A DNA stretch of 61,372 nucleotides, counting the filler. It is 4 parts of 4 records of this genome, joined end to end, with 100 filler letters (N's around TTAATTAATTAA, not from the genome) between each part and the next. Parts side by side here need not be neighbours in the genome. Positions count along the whole stretch, not along the records: positions 1 to 23,794 come from DRR723986_11709; positions 23,895 to 44,317 come from DRR723986_11710; 2 more parts are not named here. One strand, written 5' to 3'. Position 1 is the first letter of the stretch, and the number at the start of each line of letters is the position of its first letter. This document shows positions 20,107 through 30,039 of this stretch, in pieces. The translations under genes were made by a program, and so were the position numbers. The notes beneath the pieces were generated by a model that did no database searches, was not told the DNA's origin, and saw nothing but the letters and a program-made list of their open reading frames with translations.

Positions 20107-21012
20107 ATGGATATCCGAATAAATCGCCGAACTTGGACTGCTGCCGCTGCAGCGTTGGCCGCGACTCCCGCAATTGCTCGAGGCGAGGCTGAGATTGACC
20201 ACAAAACCCAACCTAGGAAGCTGCTCAAGACCTTGAAGATCGGGATGGTTGGCGTTCCCGGAACACTGACCGACAAATTCAAAGCAGCCAAAGCGGCCGG
20301 CTTTGATGGAATCGAAATGAACAGCCCTGGGATAAATGTTGAGGAAACGATATCTGCGATTGAGGAAAGCGGTTTGCCGGTGGATGGAAGTGTTTGCTCA
20401 ACGCACTGGAAGACTCGGCACACCGATGCAGACATCTCCGTTCGAGCCCAAGCGCTGGCGGATTTGGAAACCGCGATACGTCAGACGCATGCCGTTGGCG
20501 GACACACGGTCCTGCTGGTTGTCGGTCGAGGCAGCGATGGTGATGCTGACGAAATCTGGGACCGTTCGATTAAGAACATTCGCAAGGTCTTGCCCCTGTG
20601 CGCGGAATACGGAATGACCATTGCGATTGAGAACGTTTGGAATCAGTTCATGTACGAACACAATGGTCCGTCGGATCAGAAGGCCGATCAATTCGTAGCC
20701 TACGTTGACGAACTTGATTCGCCGTGGGTTGGCATGCAATTCGACATCGGAAACCACTGGAAGTATGGCAATCCGGCCGACTGGATCCGACAACTTGGTC
20801 GTCGCGTTGCAAAGCTCGATATCAAAGGGTTCAGTCGTAAAACGGGGAAGTTTACAGCGATTACCGAAGGCGACCTTCCTTGGGCTGAGGTGCGTCAGGC
20901 GCTTGACGATATCAACTACCACGGCTGGGTTGCCGCGGAAGTAGGCCGAGCGGACCTGGACGGCCTGAAGAAGATCGCTGGCCAAATGGACTCTGCGCTA
21001 AACATTGGCTAG
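20107..21012 (+). CDS. Tat-exported sugar phosphate isomerase/epimerase (xylose isomerase-like TIM barrel)
   Basis: NRRTW Tat-like leader; AGFDGIE, IENVWN, FDIGN, KLDIK, AAEV. Confidence 0.85.
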   Translation: MDIRINRRTWTAAAAALAATPAIARGEAEIDHKTQPRKLLKTLKIGMVGVPGTLTDKFKAAKAAGFDGIEMNSPGINVEETISAIEESGLPVDGSVCSTHWKTRHTDADISVRAQALADLETAIRQTHAVGGHTVLLVVGRGSDGDADEIWDRSIKNIRKVLPLCAEYGMTIAIENVWNQFMYEHNGPSDQKADQFVAYVDELDSPWVGMQFDIGNHWKYGNPADWIRQLGRRVAKLDIKGFSRKTGKFTAITEGDLPWAEVRQALDDINYHGWVAAEVGRADLDGLKKIAGQMDSALNIG

Positions 21013-21080
21013 GCAGAATAACTCCGGGGTCTCACTCGACGTACGCGCTGAGAATCATCCACCGACGGAAAGTTACGTTC

Positions 21081-22535
21081 GTGCCAGCAGAGCTATTGTT
21101 GATACTGACCGCCGAGTCACAAGTTGACTGTGGACTTGGGCTTGCGCGGCAGTTCGCGTCCCGCAGCGACTATTCAGTGGCAGTGTGCGTCTTCTCGCAG
21201 GGCAAAGATCTGCTGCTTGAACATGTTAGAAGTCGAATCGAGAAACTTGGGCTTGTTGAAAAATTCAATGTGTTTCGGTGCAATGGCGACATTGCCGAAT
21301 TGGTTCAAAAAGCGCAGGCTAGTTCGGAGCTGAGGCTCGTCCTCGCCGCCGGGCTTGAGAACTGGCAAGATCTCCATGAGGCAATCCTGAAGGAGGTTCA
21401 CGCGACAGTTGCTTGCTTTGAATCGCACTCAGGTCTGCTTGAGCCGCCCGGCAGCGTCTTGGTCGACGGGACAGATCACCGTCAAGCAGCAGCGTGGTTT
21501 GCCGACCACTGGGCAGCCAATATCGAAATAGTCCACCGTAGCGAAGACGCCGAAGCACCCGCTGCAGGTGACGCTGGATCGGAAACGCTTGGTGCATGCC
21601 TGGTTAGTGTCCGCAAACGGGATTTTGCCTCATCACGGAAACGCGTTCGAAGGCTGACCGAACAACTTGATTGCCCCGTACTAATGGTACGTGGTGAAGT
21701 CAGTTACCTCCGCTGGATCTCGGAAACGGTACTACCACGAGCCGCCGATCGGTACGTCCCGCAGATGAGCCGCGAGCAGCGTCAGCAGCTCGCCACTTCT
21801 CTCAGCGACTTTTCAAAACTAGATTTTGAATTCGTTGTACTAATTTGTTCTGCAACTTTTCTCGCTTCGTTTGGGCTCGTGCAAAATTCAGCGGCGGTCA
21901 TCATCGGAGCGATGCTGGTTGCACCTCTGATGACGCCCATTCTTGGAGCGGGACTATCGCTGGCACAAGGAAATCGGCCTTTGTTCGCCAGCAGCGTGAA
22001 GACGATCATAGTTGGCTTCTTCGCCGCCCTCGCAACCAGCTTCCTGTTTGGCTTGCTTTTACAGATGCTGCCAACGTCGTTCTTTGCGACTACGGAAAAT
22101 GGCACGCTGCTGACAGAAGAAATGTGGTCCCGAACACATCCCACAATCATCGATTTTCTGGTCGGATTCGTGGGCGGCTGCGCGGCCGCATTTGCTCGCA
22201 CACGCGGCCACTTGTCCAGTGCACTCGCAGGAGCGGCCATTGCAGCAGCGTTAGTCCCGCCGATCGCGACCAGTGGCCTACAGCTATCGCTCAGTTTTTC
22301 AAACGTGCTGCAACCTGACGGCGAGACGCTAGCCCACAATCTTGTCTATGGGCCAGCATTGTTGTTCATTGCGAACATGTTGACGATCATGGTTGGATCG
22401 TCAATCGTTCTCTGGGCTTGTGGCGTACGCACTGACCACGGCTATTCGCCATTTGAGAAGTGGTCAACGCGGATGATCATGCTGCTGCTCGTACTCACTG
22501 CCGCGGTTGCGGTTTGGATTGTGCAGCACCCTTAA
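21081..22535 (+). CDS. DUF389 domain membrane protein with soluble N-terminal region
   Basis: FGLVQNSAAVIIGAMLVAPLMTPI, GAAIAAALVPP. Confidence 0.8.
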   Translation: MPAELLLILTAESQVDCGLGLARQFASRSDYSVAVCVFSQGKDLLLEHVRSRIEKLGLVEKFNVFRCNGDIAELVQKAQASSELRLVLAAGLENWQDLHEAILKEVHATVACFESHSGLLEPPGSVLVDGTDHRQAAAWFADHWAANIEIVHRSEDAEAPAAGDAGSETLGACLVSVRKRDFASSRKRVRRLTEQLDCPVLMVRGEVSYLRWISETVLPRAADRYVPQMSREQRQQLATSLSDFSKLDFEFVVLICSATFLASFGLVQNSAAVIIGAMLVAPLMTPILGAGLSLAQGNRPLFASSVKTIIVGFFAALATSFLFGLLLQMLPTSFFATTENGTLLTEEMWSRTHPTIIDFLVGFVGGCAAAFARTRGHLSSALAGAAIAAALVPPIATSGLQLSLSFSNVLQPDGETLAHNLVYGPALLFIANMLTIMVGSSIVLWACGVRTDHGYSPFEKWSTRMIMLLLVLTAAVAVWIVQHP

Positions 22536-22612
22536 ACGCTACACTTCATCGCCATGTAAAAGCTGGCAGAAGGGCAAGATCGAAGCGTATGCTCAGAGCC
22601 ATGTTGAGACTG

Positions 22613-23317
22613 CTACTTCTTGATTTCAAGCAGTTCGAGCTCGAAGACCAGCATTTCGTTTGGTCCAATCCGCGGTAGCGAGCCACCCGGTCCATAGGCA
22701 AGCGCCGGTGGAATGAACAATTGCCACTTATCACCCACTTTCATCCGCATCAGTGCTTCGGTCCAGCCCTTGATCACACCGGTCGTTGGAAACTCAGCGG
22801 GTTCCCCACGAGCAATGGAACTATCGAAGACCTTACCGCTTAGCAGCTTGCCTTCGTAGTGAACGCGAACAGTATCCGCAACCGTTGGGCTAGCCCCTGA
22901 ACCGGACTTGATCACTTTGTATTGCAGGCCACTTTCGGTCGTCTGTACGCCATCCTTCGTTTTGTTCGTCTCCAAGAAGCGACTGGCTTCTTTCTCGTTC
23001 TCAGCCGCAGCTTTTTGCATCCGCATCTGGATCTTCTGACCAAGTGCTTGCATGGCAGCTTGCACCTCAGGTTGCTTCGCGTTGATATCATCACCGGAGA
23101 TCGCGGCCAGGAAGCCCTTCAAGAATTCATCTTGCTTGACATCCTCAACCGTGAATCCCTGACGCCCCAGTTCCATTCCCATGCTGAAGCCAAGATAGCG
23201 GCTGGCCAAACCATCTTGCTTCTTCTGCCCTGGAGGCACGATCGGTGTTATTTCCTGAGCGATTGCCAGGGGACCGGTGAAGAGAACGGCTAGAGCGGTG
23301 ATAGCGATGCGTCGCAT
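22613..23317 (-). CDS. FKBP-type peptidyl-prolyl isomerase (FkpA/Mip type)
   Basis: SGLQYKV, VHYEGKL..FDSS, VIKGWTEAL, IPPALAYG, IGPNEMLVFELELL. Confidence 0.95.
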   Translation of the reverse strand: MRRIAITALAVLFTGPLAIAQEITPIVPPGQKKQDGLASRYLGFSMGMELGRQGFTVEDVKQDEFLKGFLAAISGDDINAKQPEVQAAMQALGQKIQMRMQKAAAENEKEASRFLETNKTKDGVQTTESGLQYKVIKSGSGASPTVADTVRVHYEGKLLSGKVFDSSIARGEPAEFPTTGVIKGWTEALMRMKVGDKWQLFIPPALAYGPGGSLPRIGPNEMLVFELELLEIKK

Positions 23318-23764
23318 AGTTATATCCTCAAGGTTTTACGCAGAGCCCCGAAAGTGGGTTGCTGGAGAGTAATCAAGGTTGGTAGTGAGCGTAGGATTTG
23401 GGCGGGGCCGATGTCCGCGGGTGTCACCGCACATCGGAATCAAACAATTGTTGTAGGGTACTTGCGCGATTCAAGGTGAAGAGCGGCATTTTCCCGGATA
23501 ATTGCCTGAATGCCCTAGAAACGTTGGTCAAAGTGGCTCGACTGGGGTGCGATCATGCACAGACTGCCAAGACACTCTTCATTTGCACCAGTGCATGGGA
23601 TTCGATGCTGGGCGTCTTCAACGGTATTCTCGGTGCTGCTGAGACACAGTACTCGTGGGTATCATTACGAATCAGAAGACGGTGTTCCCGCTTGTTGATG
23701 TGGGCGGCTGGGTCGATGGAAACCGTGAACCTGGGCCGTTTGACCCCAGAGCGTTTGCCCCCAG

Positions 23765-23794
23765 GCCCTGAGAGCCCGTGCCCTGAGAGCCCGT
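23765..23794. repeat. 15-bp tandem repeat (GCCCTGAGAGCCCGT) x2 at contig end
   Basis: Two exact copies running into the gap; possibly the cause of the assembly break. Confidence 0.7.
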
Positions 23795-23894
23795 NNNNNN
23801 NNNNNNNNNNNNNNNNNNNNNNNNNNNNNNNNNNNNNNTTAATTAATTAANNNNNNNNNNNNNNNNNNNNNNNNNNNNNNNNNNNNNNNNNNNN
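23795..23894. other. Artificial contig linker
   Basis: N44-TTAATTAATTAA-N44 (stops in all six frames). Confidence 0.99.
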
Positions 23895-24300
23895 CTCCCG
23901 CCACTTCGCCAGAAAACCTCGGTGCCCGGAGATCCGCTTCCGAGGGGAACACCCCAGCACCGGGAATAACCCGGCCTTCCGGAGTTGTCAGGGATGCCCC
24001 TAACAGGTCCCACCCTGTGCCCTGAGCGCACCAAATTGCTCCTCGGGCGCTCCAGGCGTGAAAGAGCTGCACCAGACCCAGGATCGCGCTCGCGCCAGGG
24101 TTGATGCTGGAGGTGGATCCACTGCCCACACACACGATGTCGACATCGGACACCGCATCCTGTGGGGAATGAATATCCACCATCGACACGTCATACCCAA
24201 GATGACGCAGTGAAGATCCCAGAATTTCTGCCGATGCGCTGGAGCCATTGAGTCCCAGGATCTGGGGCAACACCCGAGCAATCGTGAACGAGGTACTCAC
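23895..24300 (-). CDS. gatD: Partial GatD/CobQ-like glutamine amidotransferase homologue (apparently lacking catalytic Cys)
   Basis: Overlaps the murT stop (GTGA); GatD-like layout LPQILGLNG, VGSG, AQGTGWDLLG, IPGAGVF, RFSGEV; truncated by the contig end. Confidence 0.75.
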
Positions 24301-25583
24301 GAGGCCCCCTCGAGTTCCTTGTAGCCCGCAAGGCGCCGAATGCTCATCATCTGTTCGTAGTTCACAATCGCGTGCACAGGCTGGGCGGTGCTAGCCGCTA
24401 ATCCCACCACGTGTCGAAGACCCTCAGCGGTATCTTCCACGATGTGGCCATAGGGAATTCCCCGGGTTTCTAGGAAAAGCGCCCACTGCAGGGCTTTGGA
24501 TCCCGAGAGCACATCGACGTGATCGAGCACCGAGATGTCGGCGTCATATATCCACGATGGATCGGGAGTTCCCTCATCGACGGCAATCCAGACGCGCTCC
24601 AGAGGTCCTTCCAGAGCATCAAGATTGACCTGGAGGCTGGGAAGGTTTTTCATCATGGTCAGAGCAATCTGGCGACCGCGATAGGTGATGACTTCCCCCC
24701 GTCCAAAAACCGGTGCACCGCCTGCCATGGCAGTGGCCACTCGATCAGCCTGGAGGCCATCGTCCACCATCACATCAGCCATGGCCAAAGCCAAGGTCGC
24801 ATCGACCCCGTAATGCAATCCGGGTGCAGGAAGCTCAAGGGTGAGCGAACTCCCCGAGAGCTCAATTGTTGCCGCGCTCCCCTCCATAGTGCGAAGAAGT
24901 GCGCGCGGCGCGCTGTGGTTGATATTCGCGCCAAGGTCCTCCTCCTGGTCAAAAAACAACGCAGCGGGAACTAAGCCATGGCTTGCGCTCAAGCGCGCTT
25001 GATCCGAGACATCGATGGTGTGGACGAGATGCCCGCTCTGAGAAAGTTTTGCCCCCATCATCGCCAGATTGGGATCCCCCGCGTTGAGCACAACACCGTG
25101 TGATGCCCCTGCTGAGAGATCATGAAGCATGCGATAGACGTTTTCTGGTTCGCCAAAACGATTGAGTTGGTCCACCTGGACGTTGGTAAGCACCACCCAA
25201 TCCGGTTTCACCAGGGCAGCGATCTGAGCACCGTAGGCCTCATCAACTTCTAAGACAGCAATATCTGCTCGGAGTCTCCCCCGCAGGCTCGCCTGGGAGA
25301 CCAAAGCAGACGCCAAGCCCTGGGGCAAATTACCACCAGCTGGATTGGTAAAAACCCTCATCCCGTGGGCGCGAAGGACAGAGGCCACCATGGTCGTGGT
25401 CGTCGATTTCCCGTTGGAACCCGAGACGAAAATCACTCCATGGGCCAGATTCGACAACGTGGCACCCAAAATGTCGGGACGCATTCGAAGGAGAACTAAT
25501 CCCGGAAAGGCTGACCCTCCGCCTCGAAGCCTCGTCGCAAAGCGAGCACACTTAGCAAGGGCGAAGGCAAGAAATTGACCCAT
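24297..25583 (-). CDS. murT: MurT-like Mur ligase (DUF1727 C-terminal domain)
   Basis: GGGSAFPG, SGSNGKSTT, GGNLPQG, LEVDE, DQLNRFGE, FGRGE, MKN, DPSWIYD. Confidence 0.88.
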   Translation of the reverse strand: MGQFLAFALAKCARFATRLRGGGSAFPGLVLLRMRPDILGATLSNLAHGVIFVSGSNGKSTTTTMVASVLRAHGMRVFTNPAGGNLPQGLASALVSQASLRGRLRADIAVLEVDEAYGAQIAALVKPDWVVLTNVQVDQLNRFGEPENVYRMLHDLSAGASHGVVLNAGDPNLAMMGAKLSQSGHLVHTIDVSDQARLSASHGLVPAALFFDQEEDLGANINHSAPRALLRTMEGSAATIELSGSSLTLELPAPGLHYGVDATLALAMADVMVDDGLQADRVATAMAGGAPVFGRGEVITYRGRQIALTMMKNLPSLQVNLDALEGPLERVWIAVDEGTPDPSWIYDADISVLDHVDVLSGSKALQWALFLETRGIPYGHIVEDTAEGLRHVVGLAASTAQPVHAIVNYEQMMSIRRLAGYKELEGAS

Positions 25584-25588
25584 GGGAT

Positions 25589-27283
25589 TTATTCGAGGTA
25601 GTCGCGCAGAGCTTGTGACCTCGAGGGGTGGCGCAGTTTGGCCATGGTCTTGGACTCTATTTGTCGTATGCGCTCGCGCGTTACGCCAAAGGTGTCACCA
25701 ATTTGGTCGAGCGTCTTGGGCATTCCATCGCCGAGACCAAAACGCATCCGAATAACGCCCGCTTCGCGCTCCGAGAGCGATTCCAAAAGGCTCTCGAGCT
25801 GACGCTGCAGCATGGTGAAGCCCACAGCATCGGCTGGCACAACAGCTTCAGTGTCTTCGATCAGGTCGCCGAATTCGCTATCGCCATCTTCACCCAGAGG
25901 AGTGTGCAGCGAAATGGGCTCACGACCGTATTTCTGAACCTCCACCACCTTCTCAGGGGTCATATCGAGCTCGCGGGCGAGCTCTTCGGGCGTGGGTTCG
26001 CGACCAAGGTCCTGGAGCATCTGACGCTGGACGCGGGCCAACTTATTGATGACCTCCACCATGTGAACAGGAATACGAATGGTCCGGGCTTGGTCTGCCA
26101 TGGCGCGAGTAATCGCCTGACGGATCCACCAGGTGGCGTAGGTAGAGAACTTAAAGCCCTTGGTGTAGTCGAACTTCTCTACCGCGCGGATAAGACCCAA
26201 GTTTCCTTCTTGGATGAGATCCAAGAATTGCATTCCGCGACCGGTGTATCGCTTCGCTAGCGAGACGACGAGTCGAAGGTTAGCTCCCAGCAGGTGGTTC
26301 TTGGCGCGCTGTCCGTCTTTGGCAATCTCGTGCAATTCACGAGCAAGCTTGGTGGTCTTCTGCGAGGCCGTCATCGCCGAGAGTTTTTCCTCGGAGAACA
26401 AACCAGCTTCAATTCGCAGGGCAAGTTCCACCTCTTGCTCGGCATTAAGCAAAGCGACCTTACCGATTTGCTTGAGGTAATCCTTGACCGGGTCCGCGGT
26501 CGCTCCGGTAATAGTGGTCGAAATAATCGGAGCGTCATCGTCATCCGTGCTGGAGAGAACTAACGCCCCCTGAGGAAGAACTTCTTTTTCTACTTCTTCT
26601 TCGTCATCATCGCTGCCGAGATCCGCCAAACCAGCGATGACTTCGGCACCTAATTTTTCCGCAACGACGTCAGGGGCGACCTCTTCGCCCTCGACTACGA
26701 CCTCTTCGACATCCTCGCTAGAAGCAGCGGCCTTGGTCGACGCTTTCGCGGCAGACGCCTTCGTAGCGGGAGCCTTTTTCGCGGGAGCTTTGGCTGGCGT
26801 AGCCTTCGCGACAGGAGCCTTCTTCGCAGGCTCTTTCTTTGCAGGAGCCTTCTTTGCAGTCGCTTTCGCTGCAGTTTTGGCAGCCGTGGTCTTCGCGGGG
26901 GACTTCGCGGCAGGCTTAGCAGCGGCTTTCTTCGCTGGAGCTTTAGCGGCGGCAGGCTTCTGTGCCGCGGGCTTCGCAGCAGTTGATTTTGCAGCCGTGG
27001 TCTTCGCTGCAGTCGACTTAGCTGCTGGCTTTTTCACTGCTGGCTTCTTCGCAGCGGGAGTTTTCTTCGCAGGCGCCTTAGCAGCGCTCTTTGCAGGTGT
27101 CTTGCTAGCGGAAGTCTTGGCGGACGAAGAAGAGGACTTAGCGGGTGGGGTCACTGGATCTTTCTGAGGTTCAGGCTCTGTATTTCTTTGAAACAGGCCG
27201 CCGATGCGACCAACGAAACTCTTTTTTTCAGGCTTTTTGCCCGCGGGAGCGCTCGACTTTGGTTCTGGTGTGCGTGACGCCAT
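25589..27283 (-). CDS. rpoD: Principal RNA polymerase sigma factor (RpoD/SigA/HrdB)
   Basis: [48 protein letters not shown]; long Ala/Lys/Pro N-terminus. Confidence 0.97.
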   Translation of the reverse strand: MASRTPEPKSSAPAGKKPEKKSFVGRIGGLFQRNTEPEPQKDPVTPPAKSSSSSAKTSASKTPAKSAAKAPAKKTPAAKKPAVKKPAAKSTAAKTTAAKSTAAKPAAQKPAAAKAPAKKAAAKPAAKSPAKTTAAKTAAKATAKKAPAKKEPAKKAPVAKATPAKAPAKKAPATKASAAKASTKAAASSEDVEEVVVEGEEVAPDVVAEKLGAEVIAGLADLGSDDDEEEVEKEVLPQGALVLSSTDDDDAPIISTTITGATADPVKDYLKQIGKVALLNAEQEVELALRIEAGLFSEEKLSAMTASQKTTKLARELHEIAKDGQRAKNHLLGANLRLVVSLAKRYTGRGMQFLDLIQEGNLGLIRAVEKFDYTKGFKFSTYATWWIRQAITRAMADQARTIRIPVHMVEVINKLARVQRQMLQDLGREPTPEELARELDMTPEKVVEVQKYGREPISLHTPLGEDGDSEFGDLIEDTEAVVPADAVGFTMLQRQLESLLESLSEREAGVIRMRFGLGDGMPKTLDQIGDTFGVTRERIRQIESKTMAKLRHPSRSQALRDYLE

Positions 27284-27428
27284 GACCCACCTGCTTCACT
27301 ACTCAACGGGCAGTAAGAAAACCCTTGTCAAGTCCTAGTGAGTTTCCACACCAAGTCCTGCCAGGGCCTTCTCCACCATTATGACACGCATCCGCTTACT
27401 GTGCTCACAAGCGACCCGAACCGAGTGT

Positions 27429-28358
27429 CTAGAGGGAGTCGCTCCCGTCGCTGGATTCTGACGTGTCTCGCTTGGCAAGGAAATTTTGTAACTCAGCGGC
27501 AATGCTGTCAGCGGTGTGGACGTCCCCATCGGCTCCCATTAAAGGCGAGGGCATGGGGTTATCTTCCATGTAGCTGTCGTGCCGGGTTTCGAGAGTTTCG
27601 ACAAGCTTCTGAAGCTCGTTGTTGTTTCCCACCTGATCCGCAATGCCTTGCAGGAATTCTCTCCCTGCTTCTCGAAGCGCATCCGTGGGAAAAATCAGAC
27701 CAGTAGCAGAGCTCACACTTTGCAAGGCCGCTACCGCGGCATCGGGGAATTCTGTATCTGCCAAATAGTGGGGCACTAACACCACGAAGCCGGCGGTCGG
27801 GTGGTCCAGCTCCTGGAGTCGATATTCGATCAGGTGCATCATCGTGCCGGGGACACCGGTGGTGGGCCGCCAGACCGACATGGAATCGATGATCTCTGAG
27901 CGATTCCCACTAACCGTGACGCCGAGAGATCTCGTGTGGGGCACGGGCATCGGAATAGCGTGAACCCAACTACTGGTCGACACCTCCAAGGTGTTGATGA
28001 GTTCCAAAATGGTCGCACTGGTGTGCTCCCAGCGGAAATCTGGTTCATAACCCGAAAGAAAAAGAAAGGGCGAACCCAACTCGTCTTTGACCATGTCCAG
28101 GGACAACCTCGGTGGTTCATACGAGGTCAACGACGTTTCTTCAAATTGGAAAACGGGACGCCGAGCTCGGTAGTCGATCAACATGTCGTTGTTGAACGTC
28201 CCTACTCGCTCGGTTTCCAACGTCTCGAAAACGTATTTGTTGACCTGGGACACAGCCCCACCAGCGTCAGCAAAACCGGTCAGTCCCGTGACGAGAGGCA
28301 AACCCTTAGGCACACTGGATAACTCCATGGCCTCTTTGAACAACTCATCGCTAAACAT
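27429..28358 (-). CDS. PAC2 family (proteasome assembly chaperone-like) protein
   Basis: GFADAG, DYRARRP, GYEPDFRW, PMPVPHTR, VPHYL; ATG 28358 preceded by a TACCCT -10 element. Confidence 0.88.
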   Translation of the reverse strand: MFSDELFKEAMELSSVPKGLPLVTGLTGFADAGGAVSQVNKYVFETLETERVGTFNNDMLIDYRARRPVFQFEETSLTSYEPPRLSLDMVKDELGSPFLFLSGYEPDFRWEHTSATILELINTLEVSTSSWVHAIPMPVPHTRSLGVTVSGNRSEIIDSMSVWRPTTGVPGTMMHLIEYRLQELDHPTAGFVVLVPHYLADTEFPDAAVAALQSVSSATGLIFPTDALREAGREFLQGIADQVGNNNELQKLVETLETRHDSYMEDNPMPSPLMGADGDVHTADSIAAELQNFLAKRDTSESSDGSDSL

Positions 28359-28470
28359 ATATTCAGGGTACCGGAGGGACCCTAGGGGAATCGGAAGCTT
28401 CGCCCACAGCGTTATCCAGACAGGTCGCACTATCTCGATTTCATATCCGGGGTCGCCTACGATGAAGCAC

Positions 28471-29931
28471 ATGACACTGCCAGAACTTCAGTTCCTTGAT
28501 AACGCTCAGACTCTCGGTGCAGACGACATTCTTGTCGTCGGGCTTGCGAAGAAAAATGACACTATCGAGGTGGTCAGCACCGGTCTCGATTCAGAGCTTG
28601 TGACCGCCTTGACAACACAGGCAGGGCTCATCCAAGCCGATGGAGCACCAGATAGCACCTGGCGACTCCCCTCTCCCGAAGGATGTGCCGCGAGCAGCGT
28701 GGTGCTCACAGGGTTGGGCTCAAACGACCTCACGATTGATGTACTGCGCCAAGCAGCGGGCAGCGCTGCCCTAGCGCTCAACGGCCCGGGCCGTGTCGTG
28801 TTCGCTATCGAGGCTTCGGACGAAGAACACACCCTGGCGATTGCCGAAGGGGCACTTTTGGGATGCCATCGCGTGACAAAACTGGGGCTTTCGCCGGCTA
28901 AGACCCCACCCACGATTGCGGTGGTGGGCTCACTGGCACCGCCTCGGATCTCCCAGGCGGAACGCAGCGCTGAAGCGGTCTGGCAGGTACGTGACTTAGT
29001 CACCATGCCGCCGAACATGTTGAACCCATCCAGCTTCGTCGAGCACGTCAGCGCACTGGCTAAGGGCACCGAGGTCAGTATTGAGGTGCTCGAGGAAAAG
29101 GAATTAGAGAAAAAGGGTTACGGGGGTATCACCGCTGTGGGTAAGGGTTCCCAAAACCCACCCCGACTGATGGTTCTTCGCTACCAGCCTGGGAGCCCTA
29201 CTCGGCATGTGGCGTTGGTGGGTAAAGGAATCACCTTTGACTCTGGTGGGCTCTCCCTCAAGGCTCCTAACGCGATGGTCGGCATGAAGTACGACATGAC
29301 CGGTGCTGCGGTTATGGCCGCAGCCACACTGGCAGCAGCAGCTCTCGGCTCCCCCGCCGCCATTACGGCGTATCTGTGTCTTGCCGAAAATATGCCTAGC
29401 GGTAGCGCCTCACGACCCAATGACGTCATCACGATTTTGGGCGGCAAGACCGTAGAGATTCTCAACACGGATGCTGAGGGCCGACTGGTCATGGCCGATG
29501 GTTTACAAGCAGCCAGCGCAACCAAGCCCGACCTCATCATCGATGCAGCAACACTGACCGGCGCCGCCCGTATCGCCCTGGGCGAGAGATACGCCGGCCT
29601 GATGGGCACCGATGATGCTGTTGCCCAGATCGTGGCGTCCGCAGCCCACGTGGGCGAACTGGTCTGGCCGATGCCGCTACCTCGCGAACTTCGGACGTTG
29701 TTGAAATCTGACATTGCCGATATCGCCAACGCGAAGCCTGGTGAAGTTCTGGGCGGCATGCTCCTCGGGGGCCTTTTCCTCAAAGATTTTGTCGGCGAGG
29801 GTATCCCCTGGGCTCACCTCGACATTGCCGGTCCCGCTGCAAATTCCCAAGGCGCCTGGGGCTACACCCCCAAGGGCGCCACGGGCGCGATCACCCGTAC
29901 AGTGCTCGATGTGTTGATGTCGCGCCCATAA
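28471..29931 (+). CDS. pepA: Leucyl aminopeptidase (M17)
   Basis: GKGITFDSGG, MKYDM, NTDAEGRL, TLTGA, WAHLDIAG. Confidence 0.93.
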   Translation: MTLPELQFLDNAQTLGADDILVVGLAKKNDTIEVVSTGLDSELVTALTTQAGLIQADGAPDSTWRLPSPEGCAASSVVLTGLGSNDLTIDVLRQAAGSAALALNGPGRVVFAIEASDEEHTLAIAEGALLGCHRVTKLGLSPAKTPPTIAVVGSLAPPRISQAERSAEAVWQVRDLVTMPPNMLNPSSFVEHVSALAKGTEVSIEVLEEKELEKKGYGGITAVGKGSQNPPRLMVLRYQPGSPTRHVALVGKGITFDSGGLSLKAPNAMVGMKYDMTGAAVMAAATLAAAALGSPAAITAYLCLAENMPSGSASRPNDVITILGGKTVEILNTDAEGRLVMADGLQAASATKPDLIIDAATLTGAARIALGERYAGLMGTDDAVAQIVASAAHVGELVWPMPLPRELRTLLKSDIADIANAKPGEVLGGMLLGGLFLKDFVGEGIPWAHLDIAGPAANSQGAWGYTPKGATGAITRTVLDVLMSRP

Positions 29932-30039
29932 CAAACCAGCACTTATGAGCAGGTAGTAGGCTTATCCCTCGACATCGCACCGCGTCGATGGATCACATCA
30001 GAATCAGACATCTATACAAATCTAGGGAGTCCTGCACTA

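Noticed and set aside
23839-23850. TTAATTAATTAA palindrome inside N runs (also 44362-44373 and 52178-52189)
   Set aside because: Artificial six-frame-stop contig linker, not biological
23398-23850. 150-aa ORF running into the linker
   Set aside because: No motifs or SD, and it ends only at the artificial stop
26637-27167. Hydrophobic AGFFAA-repeat ORF
   Set aside because: Antisense reading of the RpoD Ala/Lys/Pro repeats
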